From positions 62,001-126,000 of the IMG/VR virus record IMGVR_UViG_3300017991_000048: a stretch of DNA of 64,000 bases; one strand, written 5' to 3'. Shown here one piece after another: positions 19,338 through 29,376 of the stretch; positions within the stretch are counted from its first letter, which is position 1, and the number at the start of each line of letters is the position of its first letter. The position numbers and the translations under genes are program-made. The notes beneath the pieces are model-generated. The model was not told the origin of the DNA. It did no database searches and was given only the letters and a program-made list of their open reading frames with translations.

Positions 19338-19799
19338 TTAGTCCTTAAGGTGTTCCCAAAGAGTTACAGGATCTTCTTCGGGTGCGGGTTCCGGTTCGGC
19401 TTCTGATTCTGACATGCCTATCCAATAACCGTGGGGACGAGTGAATTCGTTTTGTGATCCGACACCGGCACGAATAGGCCCTATTGGACCGCCTATAGCG
19501 CCAGTGGCACCGGAGAAGCCAATCACACCTCTCGGCGCTGGGTTAGGTCCTCTCGGCGCTGGGTTAGGTCGGCTTTCCACACCTCTTATAGCGTTAGCAA
19601 TCTCTCTTTGTTGTCGTCGTCGTTCGGCTTCCCGTTCTCTTTGCCTGTGTTCCGCTTCTTCCTCTTTTGCTTTTCTCTCCAAGGCTTTTCTTTCTAACTC
19701 TTTCAGCCGTTTATGGGCCTGCCACGCTTTGAAGGTGTGGTAAGCTAGCCCAGTAAGAGCGGCACCAATAATAAGGGATAAGGGGTCAGGAAGCCACAT
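19338..19799 (-). CDS. TM + coiled-coil protein with LWEHL tail
   Basis: N-terminal TM, in-frame PNPAPRG duplication (21 bp x2, 19528-19569), ends VTLWEHLKD. Confidence 0.65.
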   Translation of the reverse strand: MWLPDPLSLIIGAALTGLAYHTFKAWQAHKRLKELERKALERKAKEEEAEHRQREREAERRRQQREIANAIRGVESRPNPAPRGPNPAPRGVIGFSGATGAIGGPIGPIRAGVGSQNEFTRPHGYWIGMSESEAEPEPAPEEDPVTLWEHLKD

Positions 19800-19858
19800 G
19801 GGTCTAAATTACACCAAAAGAGCTACGCTTTCCACCATTTTCGGTGTAATATCTGGGT

Positions 19859-20410
19859 ATGGAAATTGCCAGGGGACATGATGTAGGTCCAGAAGATTTC
19901 GAGCCGGGTAAGATTCACCAGATCGGCAAACGGACAGTTCTGTTCAATACTGACATGGCACCGGCTATTGTAATGCATAACCCCAAATACCCTCATAATG
20001 TGGGGGCAGCGGTTCGGGCCGCGTCCTGTTTTGGGGCCAAAGTTGTCATTTTCAGTGGTGACCGGCTTGGGGTTCTGGACAACCCAAAAGTCAGAATACC
20101 GAGAGAAGAGCGAATGAAGGGCTATCGGGACGTAACAATCCTGAACGACACATACCCTTTCAACAGATTCCCTAAAGAATTCACGCCTATAGCGGTAGAA
20201 GTGAGACAGAATTCAGAAATGTTGCCAGAGTTCATACATCCGGAGTACCCTGTCTACGTTTTTGGGCCAGAAGACGGGTCACTCCCACAAGTTATGCTAT
20301 CGCTTTGCCACCGGTTTCTGAGGATTCCGTCCAAACATTGTCTGAATTTAGGGAATGCTGTGAACATTGTTCTTTACGACCGGGCGGTAAAAAATGCCGT
20401 TTCGGTGTAA
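19859..20410 (+). CDS. SpoU/TrmH-family RNA methyltransferase
   Basis: PKYPHNVGAAVRAASCFG, VFGPEDGSL, RIP..CLNLGNAVNIVLYDR SPOUT motifs. Confidence 0.9.
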   Translation: MEIARGHDVGPEDFEPGKIHQIGKRTVLFNTDMAPAIVMHNPKYPHNVGAAVRAASCFGAKVVIFSGDRLGVLDNPKVRIPREERMKGYRDVTILNDTYPFNRFPKEFTPIAVEVRQNSEMLPEFIHPEYPVYVFGPEDGSLPQVMLSLCHRFLRIPSKHCLNLGNAVNIVLYDRAVKNAVSV

Positions 20411-20416
20411 TTAAAC

Positions 20417-20875
20417 ATGACTGAGATCGAAAAACTGATTTGGGCCACGGCTTTTGCGAAAGCTTACGAACGTCAGCACTGGGTTACGACCATGGTCCCT
20501 GGACAAACTCCTGGAACGTGCGGCACCATGATGCACGATAGCCGGGACGTTGATCTGATTATTGGTTATGATTGTGCGGAAATAGCGGATATGGCGGTGA
20601 TAAAATACCGGGAAGCCATGGATGTCGATACTCCAAAACTTTTGATCAATGAAAACAAACACAAAGAAGACCCTAAGAATCTTTGGGATCATGTGATTGA
20701 CCCAGAAGTTGCAGTCAGATCCACGGAACCTAAGTTCCGTTCGCCAGAAGAGCGTAAACGCTGGAATGAAGCCTTCGAACGGAGTCAGAAAGCCGAACCC
20801 ACTTGGGACTTTTCTGACCATTGTGAGGTGGCTGACAAAGCTGTAGCAATCGCCCGATACAAAGAAGGGGGATAA
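20417..20875 (+). CDS. Two-repeat hypothetical protein with internal LWDHV
   Basis: IWATAF..ADMAV and WNEAF..ADKAV repeats separated by KNLWDHV. Confidence 0.6.
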   Translation: MTEIEKLIWATAFAKAYERQHWVTTMVPGQTPGTCGTMMHDSRDVDLIIGYDCAEIADMAVIKYREAMDVDTPKLLINENKHKEDPKNLWDHVIDPEVAVRSTEPKFRSPEERKRWNEAFERSQKAEPTWDFSDHCEVADKAVAIARYKEGG

Positions 20876-20930
20876 CGGTCCCGGCAGGTTTATTTGTAAA
20901 ACCTCTGGGTTGCTGAAATGCTGGTTTTAA

Positions 20931-20967
20931 GAGTGACCCCCTTGGAATGGTTCTGAGGGGGTCATTC
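20931..20967. terminator. 12-bp stem-loop (terminator or regulatory)
   Basis: GAGTGACCCCCT...AGGGGGTCATTC. Confidence 0.45.
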
Positions 20968-20993
20968 GATCAGGGTCGGTGTAAGTAGGTAGT

Positions 20994-21293
20994 GTGTCAG
21001 TACCTGAGACAATAATGTTTGCCGGTAAAGAGCGGAAAGTGCTCAAGGGCAAGGATCAGACGTGGGTAATCAAGCTCAATAAAGGCTACAAGGTGTCAGT
21101 GCTGGATTATGGCAAGTCTGAAGCTTATGGAAAGCGATATGAGTGCCACCTCTTGAAAACATCTAACAGGTTTATCTTACGATCTCTTGTAGGGTCAGGG
21201 CACACATTTGAAGAGGCAGTGCGAATGTTAGATGAGAGAAGCGAAAGATGGTGTGACCATCTGACCGCCGCTCGTGGGGATGAAAAAAGTTGA
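20994..21293 (+). CDS. Hypothetical protein
   Basis: CGGTGTAAGT motif upstream, GTG start. Confidence 0.5.
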   Translation: MSVPETIMFAGKERKVLKGKDQTWVIKLNKGYKVSVLDYGKSEAYGKRYECHLLKTSNRFILRSLVGSGHTFEEAVRMLDERSERWCDHLTAARGDEKS

Positions 21294-21539
21294 AATTCAA
21301 ATAGAGTTTCAGGCGGCTCAGTTGTAATACATAGAGCTTGGTTAGTTGACGGAGGTATCGCTTAAAGACTTCGCGGATTATTGGGGCCGCGAAGGTGGTT
21401 GGAAAAACTCGGACAATAAGCGCTGGTTCGAGCATCTGTTAGAAATGGACCGTCTAATGGCACCAACTATAAGGCGTCAAACTGAAAAGTTTGAAGATCC
21501 CGGTGACCCGCCGGGTACCTCCGTGAGCTAATCAAACAC

Positions 21540-22087
21540 TCACTTCTTGACCTTGGGATAAATTACTTCCCAAAGTTTCTGGCCCAATTCAAACCTAGCT
21601 CTTTCCGTAGCCGTGTGTACCTCAAAGCTAGATACATTACCCTTTACAGACAACACGCCGTGTAACATCTTTATTGCGTTTATTAGAGGCTCTGCGTCAT
21701 CATCTCGGATGTCATGTTCTAATACGACTGTTAAGGAATGGTATCTGTCAGTCATGGCACAACCTTTCGGTACCAAATAAGAAAAACTACTTTCCCATAC
21801 TGAGAAACAATATGTTCCAACTTGCTCAAAACAATGTCCCGGTGCTCTGAGTCAAAAGCGTCCACTGTGGCTTCGCTTATCCTGGACACAACCCGTTCGT
21901 AGTCCATACCCGCTATGAGAGCTTCAGCGCAGTAAGAAAGCCAGTCGGTTACCGCATTTCGATCCTGAAAAGCGGTCAGCATATCCGACAAAGGCACCCC
22001 TGTAGTCTCACAATAACGGTACACACCGGCTACCACCACTTTTCCATCCTCTGTTTGACCAACGAACTTGAGTAGTTTCTTAGCCAC
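21540..22087 (-). other. Two hypothetical genes (21540-21776, 21752-22087)
   Basis: ORF track; the second has a YCETTGVPL segment resembling the AlaRS LYDTYGFP motif. Confidence 0.45.
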
Positions 22088-23099
22088 TTAAATCCTTTGG
22101 CATTATTGCATTTGGCCCGTCAAACAATCGGGTAGGCCAAAGACCACTGCCTCTGGCGGCGGAGCGGGTACGTTGGTAACGACCGTATTTTAGGTCGTCA
22201 TCCCACCGTCCATATTTTGAGTTCCCAAGGATATGGATGAGTCTCTTCGGCCAGTCCTTTCTCAGTTTCCCCTTTTTTTTGTCCAATACCTTGATGAGAG
22301 CTTTGTTGGCGATGGACGGGGCATTAACCGAATGACTCTGATACATGCACATTGCCAAATCCTGTTCCACGTTCCAGTTAGAATTCAGCTTCAGAGACGT
22401 GATTTCTTGTGGGTAAAAATCCGAGACTTTTAGGTACTCAAGTTTCAAGTATCGGATTGTTTGCACATTGAGCTTACGCCGGTTTGTCCGTTTTACCAGA
22501 TGCTCTTTTCCGTACTCTATTTGAGCCTTGTGCGTTGCCGGGTGAGCAAACAGATCATGAAACAGTTTGGCCCAATGTTTTGCTTCTTCTCTCTGAAATT
22601 TGGTGGTCGGCTTGCCGCGTCTGGGAGTAAACTCATCACGAATCTCATGTCCGTTTACGGGTAAGCCAGTATGATAGTATCGAAGCACACCGTCTTGAGC
22701 CAGATACCACCCCGTGGCGCTAAATGAGTTCCAAAGGTTTTCTCTGACTTCCATTAGAGATCCAGACCCCTGCCCATAATGCGGCCCGAACGGAACCACC
22801 TCAATACATCTCAAGAGCTTCCAGAGAGTTCCTTGATCATCCAGGGCGTTGCCATCGTCTGGCCGGGATAACTCTCTGGGGTAAACAGCCACATGCTGGT
22901 CTAACCCGGCTGTCATAGCTGTCCCGTCATAGGCCATTACTGCCCCGAATCTCGCGCCCGTCTCGACTTTGCTGGTCAGCCAAAAGGCTCGATCGACATG
23001 GTAAGGTTCCCGATCCCCGGTGGGAGGGGAGAAATCCGCAATACCGCTGATTTTAGGTCCAGCATAATTTTTGTAAGTTTTCCACTGGATTTTTGTCAT
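22080..23099 (-). CDS. Hypothetical 339-aa protein, possible lysozyme-like fold
   Basis: Start 23099 supported by CGGTGTAAT motif; VETGARFGAVMAYDGTAMTAGLDQ resembles E..YD..G..Q muramidase-like signature. Confidence 0.4.
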   Translation of the reverse strand: MTKIQWKTYKNYAGPKISGIADFSPPTGDREPYHVDRAFWLTSKVETGARFGAVMAYDGTAMTAGLDQHVAVYPRELSRPDDGNALDDQGTLWKLLRCIEVVPFGPHYGQGSGSLMEVRENLWNSFSATGWYLAQDGVLRYYHTGLPVNGHEIRDEFTPRRGKPTTKFQREEAKHWAKLFHDLFAHPATHKAQIEYGKEHLVKRTNRRKLNVQTIRYLKLEYLKVSDFYPQEITSLKLNSNWNVEQDLAMCMYQSHSVNAPSIANKALIKVLDKKKGKLRKDWPKRLIHILGNSKYGRWDDDLKYGRYQRTRSAARGSGLWPTRLFDGPNAIMPKDLSG

Positions 23100-23165
23100 A
23101 CCCTTCATTACACCGAAAAATGGGATTAAAGCTAGAGTTTTGAGCCGCTGAGTTGTAATATTAGT

Positions 23166-23480
23166 ATGGAACAGAATTGTAAAAGATGCGGCGGGACCGG
23201 GATACTGGGACAGTTCATGCACGTCATGAACGGCATTTGCTTCCGCTGTTGGGGCGCTGGGCACGAGCCTTACACCGCCAAAAAGCTGGAAGCATGGCTC
23301 AAGAGGGCGCGACAGGAGTACCGAAAACGCTCTCAGGAACTCAAAACTGCCACTGGGAAGCGTAAAGCCGTTCTCGCAAAGGAACTGAGGCTTCTTGAGA
23401 GTATGGGCAAAAAGGCTAAGGCCCAGCTTGAGAAGAAGAAAGCCAGACGCGCCACGGGCCAGTTGGCTTTCGGCCTCTAA
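23166..23480 (+). CDS. DnaJ-type CxxCxGxG zinc-finger protein
   Basis: CKRCGGTG..CFRCWGAG, basic helical tail. Confidence 0.7.
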   Translation: MEQNCKRCGGTGILGQFMHVMNGICFRCWGAGHEPYTAKKLEAWLKRARQEYRKRSQELKTATGKRKAVLAKELRLLESMGKKAKAQLEKKKARRATGQLAFGL

Positions 23481-23522
23481 AAATACCAAGCGCTCCACAA
23501 GCTTTCGGTGTAGTATGTGAGA

Positions 23523-24255
23523 ATGTCACATTTCTCACATATGTATCGCCTTGAAAAGCTCAAATCCGCCCTGGCAGACCTCCATTATAATATGCCAGAA
23601 GGCTGGCGCTGGGAGTTGACCGTTTGGAAAGATAACGGGGAGCGCTGGAAGCTCAATCCAGCCGGGGCTTATGATGACACTCCGTCTAGTAATATTGACA
23701 TTGGTGCTATTGCCGTCAGGGACTGCGAATAATGTATGGTGATGATTACATGCCTGAAGACCCCGAAGGTTACAAACACCTGGAAGTAATTTTTAATGAC
23801 GCCAAAACCCGGAATGATCTGAGGCACATTTTGGTGTGGTTGCTGCTGGAAACGAAAACACCTCGGCAGGACCTTCACGTGCTCCACAAACGGACCTGTA
23901 TTAAAAAGGGGTGGGAATGAGTATAGTTTTCAACCAGAGAGAAGCACCGGACATACAGACCACTGAGCCTGTAGTTTTTAAGGATTCCGATGGTAGGTAT
24001 TTTTTCCGCTTCTCTGATGGCTACACGGTGGAAGTCGTAAGAGAGAGTAATAACCTATGGGATCACCTTCTCGGAAAAGAGATGATCGACCAAATCAAGA
24101 CTCAATATGTTGTCACATGCCAGAGATGCTCTTCGACTCGCACAGTGGAACGTGAGACTAAGAATGAGGCCATTCAAGAGTACCATTTGGCCGGTTGGCG
24201 ACCTAGAGAAAGTAAGGGATGGTATTGTGAACGATGTGTTCGAGCAGAGAAGTAG
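23523..24255 (+). other. Three small genes (23523-23732, 23732-23920, 23917-24255); the last has internal LWDHL then a zinc ribbon
   Basis: Motif-N6-ATG at 23523; NNLWDHLLGKEM..CQRC..CERC. Confidence 0.55.
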
Positions 24256-24291
24256 TGTGCAACTTTAGTACAGAAAGGTGTAAATACATTT

Positions 24292-24593
24292 ATGTTAAAA
24301 GGGGTTCCATCAATCACAGAACACCGGTTGCTCGCCTTGGTAGTCGAGTAGTCGAGGAACAAACAGGCACACAAATCCAGGAAGCCTATAAGCAAAAGTG
24401 CCATGAAGCTCTCTCGCTTGGGACCATGCACACGACTTTGCGGCGTCTGAGAGAGCAAGGGATGGTGCGGTCACGGGTAAACAGGAACTACGATTGCCGT
24501 GCTCGTTTTTTCCGGATCACTCGTAAAGGAAAAGCAGCTTTGGATCGAGGTCGTAGATATTATAGAAAGTTGGCAAGTTTTGGCACTAACTAG
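24292..24593 (+). pseudogene. PadR-family winged-helix regulator frameshifted by an 8-bp duplication
   Basis: ATG 24292 frame stops at TAG in GTAGTCGA-GTAGTCGA (24340-24355); removing one copy gives MLKGVPSITEHRLLALVVEEQTGTQI..SLGTMHTTLRRL..G.V..RFFRITRKG. Confidence 0.75.
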
Positions 24594-25200
24594 ACGAGAT
24601 ATTGAAGCTGAGATGTTCGAGAACTTCAGGATAGCTCGATTTGGGCATAAGTTTTACGTCCAAATGCTTTTCGAGGGGCAATGGATAACCATGGCTGGCT
24701 TACACAGAGGCGCAGTTGGTCCGTATGCTGAACGTTTCTGTGTCGCGAAAAATCCCTTTTACCATATTGAGCAAACGATACCGGAGATCATAAAAGCCAT
24801 CAAAATAGAGGGTATTAAGCCAGTGCCTGTGAGCCAACCAGAGTTACAGAACTTTGAGGTGATAAGCACAAGAGACGTGCGAAACCGATTAGATGACTAT
24901 ATAGATCAGGGCAAGTATAGCTCTAATGAGCCTTATCCGTCATGGGTGGTGTAGGCTCAACGGGTGCAGGACCAGATAGAAAGCGACAAATGGTACAAAG
25001 CGGTCCAGGGAATATGGTGGGGGAATGTGCGGTTCACAATGACAAAAAGCGGTATCCTTTACTGTGTCAGCGACACAAATCTTGGCCAAAAGCAGGCGGT
25101 AAAAGTCAATAAGTATAACTTCAGCATCAAAAAGAAGCTTTTTACTTTTGAGACAGTGGATGGAACCAACTATGTGTTCGAGGGTGTGGAACAGCTTTAG
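24580..25200 (+). other. Two hypothetical genes (~24580-24954, 24964-25200)
   Basis: ORF track, operon spacing. Confidence 0.45.
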
Positions 25201-25209
25201 GAGAGAACA

Positions 25210-25932
25210 ATGTACGCCATAGGTTATATGCCAGATGACGATTATCCTGATGAGCGGGATAAAGATTCAAAAGAGCTTTTGACTGCCATCGAGGTGGCCG
25301 ACAGCGAGTACTTGACACGTTGGGTAGTCAAAGTGTTGAACCAGAAAAACCTGGGATCTTGTGTGTCCAATTCAGGGGTCCAGGCACTCCGGATGTCTCA
25401 GTACCGGCAAACGGGTGAGATCCCTCCTTTGGCTTCACGGCTTTTTGGCTACTACAACCCCCGGACATATCATGATGCGACTGACGCAGATCGGGGCACC
25501 TATATCAGATTCTTCTTCAAAGCACTGAACAAATTTGGCTTTTGTCCTGAGAGCAAGATGCCCTACGACACCTCAAAATGGGCTGATAAACCCGATTTTG
25601 GAGTCTACAGAGCGGCTTTCGACCAGAAAGACCCAACGGACTACTATCGTATCTACGAGACGGGAGATGAGCGTGTAGAGGCCATTAAACGGGCAATTAT
25701 CCCCGTTCAATGGAGGGTCTGTCGGGCGGAACTCAGGAATGCCATTCCGCATCCGCCCTTTGCTGTACCCATAGACGCTCGTGTACCGTTCATTGGAGCT
25801 AGAAAAGGTAAAGACGGTGTTCTGATCAAGGACGTACCTGTTAGCCCCGATATTCCGTCTGGTCTGGTAGGCCCGGTAACATTGGTTGATCCAACCTCTA
25901 CGTCTGGCTCTGGCTTTGTTGGTTCGGGATAG
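25210..25932 (+). pseudogene. Papain-like C1A cysteine peptidase, C-terminal half missing
   Basis: NQKNLGSCVSN, SRLFGYY, DRGTYIR, GFCPESKMPY; no His/Asn-containing GGHA or NSWG segment in any forward frame. Confidence 0.7.
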
Positions 25933-25947
25933 CCACACGAGGCAGCT

Positions 25948-26334
25948 ATGATGAATCGTAGGCAATTTCTCAGAACAATAATCCCGGTAGCTGGAGCGGT
26001 TGCCGTCGCTCCTTCCATCCTGATCCCAGAAAAGAAGTTCTGGGACATGGGAGCGGCGTGGGCCAAAACTCTGCAACCAGGGGATGTAGGGTACGAGCTT
26101 GCAAATGGGGCAATAGACATAATATATAATGCGGCCTCCCATCTGTGGGAGGTGAGTTGGGTAGAAAAGGGCGGTTACCCAATGCGGCGATTTGATACCG
26201 ATGGGAAAGAAATACAGGTTGCTGACGTGACTTTGACTTTGCCTTCACGCCCTTCACACGGCGACAAAATTACCGCTGTCTATAAAAGAGACTTGACTCA
26301 CAACAGAGTTTCAATCCATCAAGAGAACACCTGA
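25948..26334 (+). CDS. Protein with twin-arginine (Tat) signal peptide
   Basis: MMNRRQFLRTIIPVAGAVAVAP. Confidence 0.6.
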   Translation: MMNRRQFLRTIIPVAGAVAVAPSILIPEKKFWDMGAAWAKTLQPGDVGYELANGAIDIIYNAASHLWEVSWVEKGGYPMRRFDTDGKEIQVADVTLTLPSRPSHGDKITAVYKRDLTHNRVSIHQENT

Positions 26335-27251
26335 TGGGAACCATTGTTATCGGTACAGGGCGTTGTGGCTCGACACTCATTTCTGATCTGGTGAATCAGC
26401 ATCCCGATATCCTGTCTCTGTCTGAGTTCTTTGTCATGGCAGGCTTTGGCCTGTTTCGGATCAAAGAACCAATAGACGGGCCTGCTCTGTGGGAAAAATG
26501 CAGCTATATGTCTGATCATGCGGCGGGTATCCTGACGGCAGGGCCACCCGTGGAAATATTGGCTGACGTCTCTGGCGGCGAGCCTTACCCACCCCCTTTG
26601 GACTTGATCACGATCCCCCATATTGCCCGTCGCTCAGGAGAGCCTGAAGACGCAGTACGAGAGTGTTTTCGAGTGGCCATAACCATTCAGCCTGAGCTAC
26701 AGGCACACGAGCATTTCGACCAGATCTTTGAAGCTTTGCGGCTCTGTTTCCAGAAAAAAGATTGGGTTGAGCGGTCTGGCACGTCCCTGGAACATGCAAA
26801 GCATTTTTTGAAGAGCTTCCCGACAGCGCGGTATCTCCATATTTGGCGGAATGGAGTGGACACAGCGTTGTCCATGGCAACGCACTTGTATCTTCGGGTG
26901 CGTATTGCATATCAGTGGACGCGGAAAGACATGACCGTGCCAGAGGCGTTGGCTGTAGAAGTTCCGATTGCGGAGTATGGCCACTACTGGTCGAACCAGA
27001 TAGTGAGCGGTCTGGAAGCTTTGAATCAAGCAGGGGTTGAGATACTGCACGTGCAATACGAGCAGTTAGTCAATGACCCCGACTCGCAGATCCCCCGGAT
27101 TTTCGACTTCCTACAAATGCCTGTGGATCAAGCATTTGTAGAGGAAGCCAAAAAGTTGGTAAGACCGCTCAAAGAACGCGGGGAAGTTCAAGACCTGGGC
27201 TCACTGGTAAAAGCCTGTGAGCCGGGTATGAAAGTTCTGAACGGCCTTTAG
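26334..27251 (+). CDS. PAPS-dependent sulfotransferase
   Basis: IGTGRCGST 5'PSB loop, HIWRNGVDTALS 3'PB motif, YEQLVNDP..RIFDFL. Confidence 0.85.
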   Translation: MGTIVIGTGRCGSTLISDLVNQHPDILSLSEFFVMAGFGLFRIKEPIDGPALWEKCSYMSDHAAGILTAGPPVEILADVSGGEPYPPPLDLITIPHIARRSGEPEDAVRECFRVAITIQPELQAHEHFDQIFEALRLCFQKKDWVERSGTSLEHAKHFLKSFPTARYLHIWRNGVDTALSMATHLYLRVRIAYQWTRKDMTVPEALAVEVPIAEYGHYWSNQIVSGLEALNQAGVEILHVQYEQLVNDPDSQIPRIFDFLQMPVDQAFVEEAKKLVRPLKERGEVQDLGSLVKACEPGMKVLNGL

Positions 27252-28138
27252 CTGACAACCGCAGCTTCGCTGATGAGCTTGGCCACTTTGTCTTTGAGTG
27301 TCTTGCTCTCAGCAAATTTGCCTTCCAGCGTTATTGTCATGGAACCATCGTCCAGGTCGAGCTTGGCTTTGTGCAAGCCGTTTGACACGACCTTGGGCTC
27401 AGGTGTGGCTGGAATCGGAACCGAGACTTTCTTTTCCCTTGGCTTGGGCTTGGGAGTAGCTTTGGCAGGCGAACCATTCTTTCTCGGAAGCCCGTGGTAA
27501 ATCCTCAGCATATCTTCCGTGACAAGTTTCCGACCGTCCTTGGAGGTCTTCTGGGAGTAATCCGGGTACATGCCAAGCACCTTGAGTCGGATATTTGCGA
27601 TACGGTGAGAGCACTGCTTCGATGAACGCTTTTCCGGGAAGGTCTTTTTCATAGTCTTGCTCATCTCCTTGGAAGAGCTTCCCGTGTTGTACAGTGAAAC
27701 TAACAGCCGGTCGTGTTTGATTGCCCACGGAGGTGCGGCGAGCTTGCCTCTCTTTTTTCTTGTAGCCGCCTTTTTCTTGGACGGCTTCTTTGGCGGGGCA
27801 GCAGCTTCCGGAGTCTCTCCCTTTTCACGTCGGTGCAGTTCCGTCAAAAGAGTTCTCGGTATCTTGAGGCGTCCGGTCTTGCTATCTACAGCACCGTCTA
27901 GCTCGCCCGGACGAAATGCCTCAATCTTTGTCCGTATTCGAGAGATACGGGAACGCAGTTGTAGGTCGTTGCGCTTGCTCCCGAACTGCTTATTGAGCTT
28001 CTTGACTACAGCCTTAGCGGAGAGCCCCATGTTATGCATTTTGACCAAGGCTCTGTCTTGCTCCGGGGTCCAAAGTTCGGGCTTGGCCCTTTTCTTCTTT
28101 TTCTTTTTGATAGATGACTTTGACTTTTTCGACATCAT
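27248..28138 (-). CDS. Lys-rich DNA-binding protein with two GcrA/Myb-like HTH repeats
   Basis: WTPEQDRALVKMHNMGLSAK..R and WAIKHDRLLVSLYNTGSSSK..R repeats. Confidence 0.6.
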   Translation of the reverse strand: MMSKKSKSSIKKKKKKRAKPELWTPEQDRALVKMHNMGLSAKAVVKKLNKQFGSKRNDLQLRSRISRIRTKIEAFRPGELDGAVDSKTGRLKIPRTLLTELHRREKGETPEAAAPPKKPSKKKAATRKKRGKLAAPPWAIKHDRLLVSLYNTGSSSKEMSKTMKKTFPEKRSSKQCSHRIANIRLKVLGMYPDYSQKTSKDGRKLVTEDMLRIYHGLPRKNGSPAKATPKPKPREKKVSVPIPATPEPKVVSNGLHKAKLDLDDGSMTITLEGKFAESKTLKDKVAKLISEAAVVS

Positions 28139-28285
28139 ATTTCCATCTCCATTTAGTAAGGTTTTGGGGGTTTAGAGATACTACACCGGCAATAGGGTAG
28201 TGTAAATACAATTATCGGTGTATTAGAGTAGAGACGGGTGAGGTTCCGATCCTTGCTGTTGCGTTTTTAATTTAGGACTTCTAAA

Positions 28286-28531
28286 GTGGCCATTCTAACA
28301 AAAAATGACGAACTACGTGAAATGCTTGCGGAATTAGCACACGAACAATGGTCTGGTTGGATGAAATACATGATCGGACGACTCGAAGGACCAGATCCTA
28401 AGGTCTGGCTAGACCGTTGGAGACGGCAAATGGAGACGTCTTACGCGAATCTAAGTGAAGAGGAAAAGGAAAGTGATCGCAGAGAAGCAGATCGCGTTCT
28501 TGAAATTATACGAAAATGGGAGAAGATATAG
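28286..28531 (+). CDS. RyR-repeat-like small protein
   Basis: ELAHEQW..YANLSEEEKESDR. Confidence 0.5.
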   Translation: MAILTKNDELREMLAELAHEQWSGWMKYMIGRLEGPDPKVWLDRWRRQMETSYANLSEEEKESDRREADRVLEIIRKWEKI

Positions 28532-28767
28532 TGCGTCCTCACACCCAAAGGAAAAGACTTAACAAACGCCGTGAGAAAAAGCGGCAAAAAGGCGAGGACA
28601 AACCCTTGCTTTGGGCTAACGTCACAGAAGGGGTAATAATACCACGGGCGGAACGCCGTTTACGAGAGATGGATGCTAAGTACGGGGTGGGTCAAGGCCC
28701 TGCCGAACTTAGGTTGAAATGGATGAATCGTTTAGAGCAGTTCTGGGAGCAAAATAAAGATGGCTAA
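28516..28767 (+). CDS. Basic hypothetical protein
   Basis: ORF track, operon overlap. Confidence 0.45.
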   Translation: MGEDIVRPHTQRKRLNKRREKKRQKGEDKPLLWANVTEGVIIPRAERRLREMDAKYGVGQGPAELRLKWMNRLEQFWEQNKDG

Positions 28768-29059
28768 TAGGTTATACGTAGGAAACATCAGTTGGGGTAC
28801 AACTGAGGAAAGTTTGATAGATTGGTTTAACCAGTGTGGCACCGTGGTTGAAGCCAGAATAATGATTGATCGCGATTCGGGACGATCCCGTGGATTCGGA
28901 TTTGTATCCATGTCTGCTGACGAAGAGGCAGAAAGAGCGATAGTCGAGTTGGATGGTAGAGACTTGGATGGTCGCCCTCTCAAAGTAAATGAGGCACGTG
29001 AGCGAAAAGAGCGTCCACAAAGCCACAAGAGAGGGAGACATGATCGAAGAGGTGCATGA
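28760..29059 (+). CDS. RRM RNA-binding protein (bacterial Rbp type)
   Basis: RNP2 LYVGNI, RNP1 RGFGFVSM, LDGRPLKVNEA. Confidence 0.92.
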   Translation: MANRLYVGNISWGTTEESLIDWFNQCGTVVEARIMIDRDSGRSRGFGFVSMSADEEAERAIVELDGRDLDGRPLKVNEARERKERPQSHKRGRHDRRGA

Positions 29060-29376
29060 GAGTAGTCAAAGTAACAAGTTGCCTGGATTGCCGAGCCCTG
29101 GAACAAGAGCACAGCGTCTGCCAGATTGAAGACAAAGAATCCCCCACAGACGTACTGTGCCCTGATTGGTGCCCCTTGCGTAAAGAACCAGTGATGCTGG
29201 AGCTACACGGTTGGAGCAATCAATTTTCAAAAGAACGCCGTGATACCTGTTTATGGTGTCGTCTGGGATATCCTCTGGCAGAGGCTGAGCCAGAGCATGA
29301 ATGGCATGATGAACAGAGCAAGCGGTGGGTTTCAGTCCCTTGCTATTTTGATATGATTGAGGATGTAGACGAATAG
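29056..29376 (+). CDS. Cys-rich hypothetical protein
   Basis: CLDC..CPDWCPL motif. Confidence 0.5.
   Translation: MRVVKVTSCLDCRALEQEHSVCQIEDKESPTDVLCPDWCPLRKEPVMLELHGWSNQFSKERRDTCLWCRLGYPLAEAEPEHEWHDEQSKRWVSVPCYFDMIEDVDE

Noticed and set aside
19528-19569. 21-bp tandem repeat
   Set aside because: A simple in-frame PNPAPRG duplication in a disordered linker.
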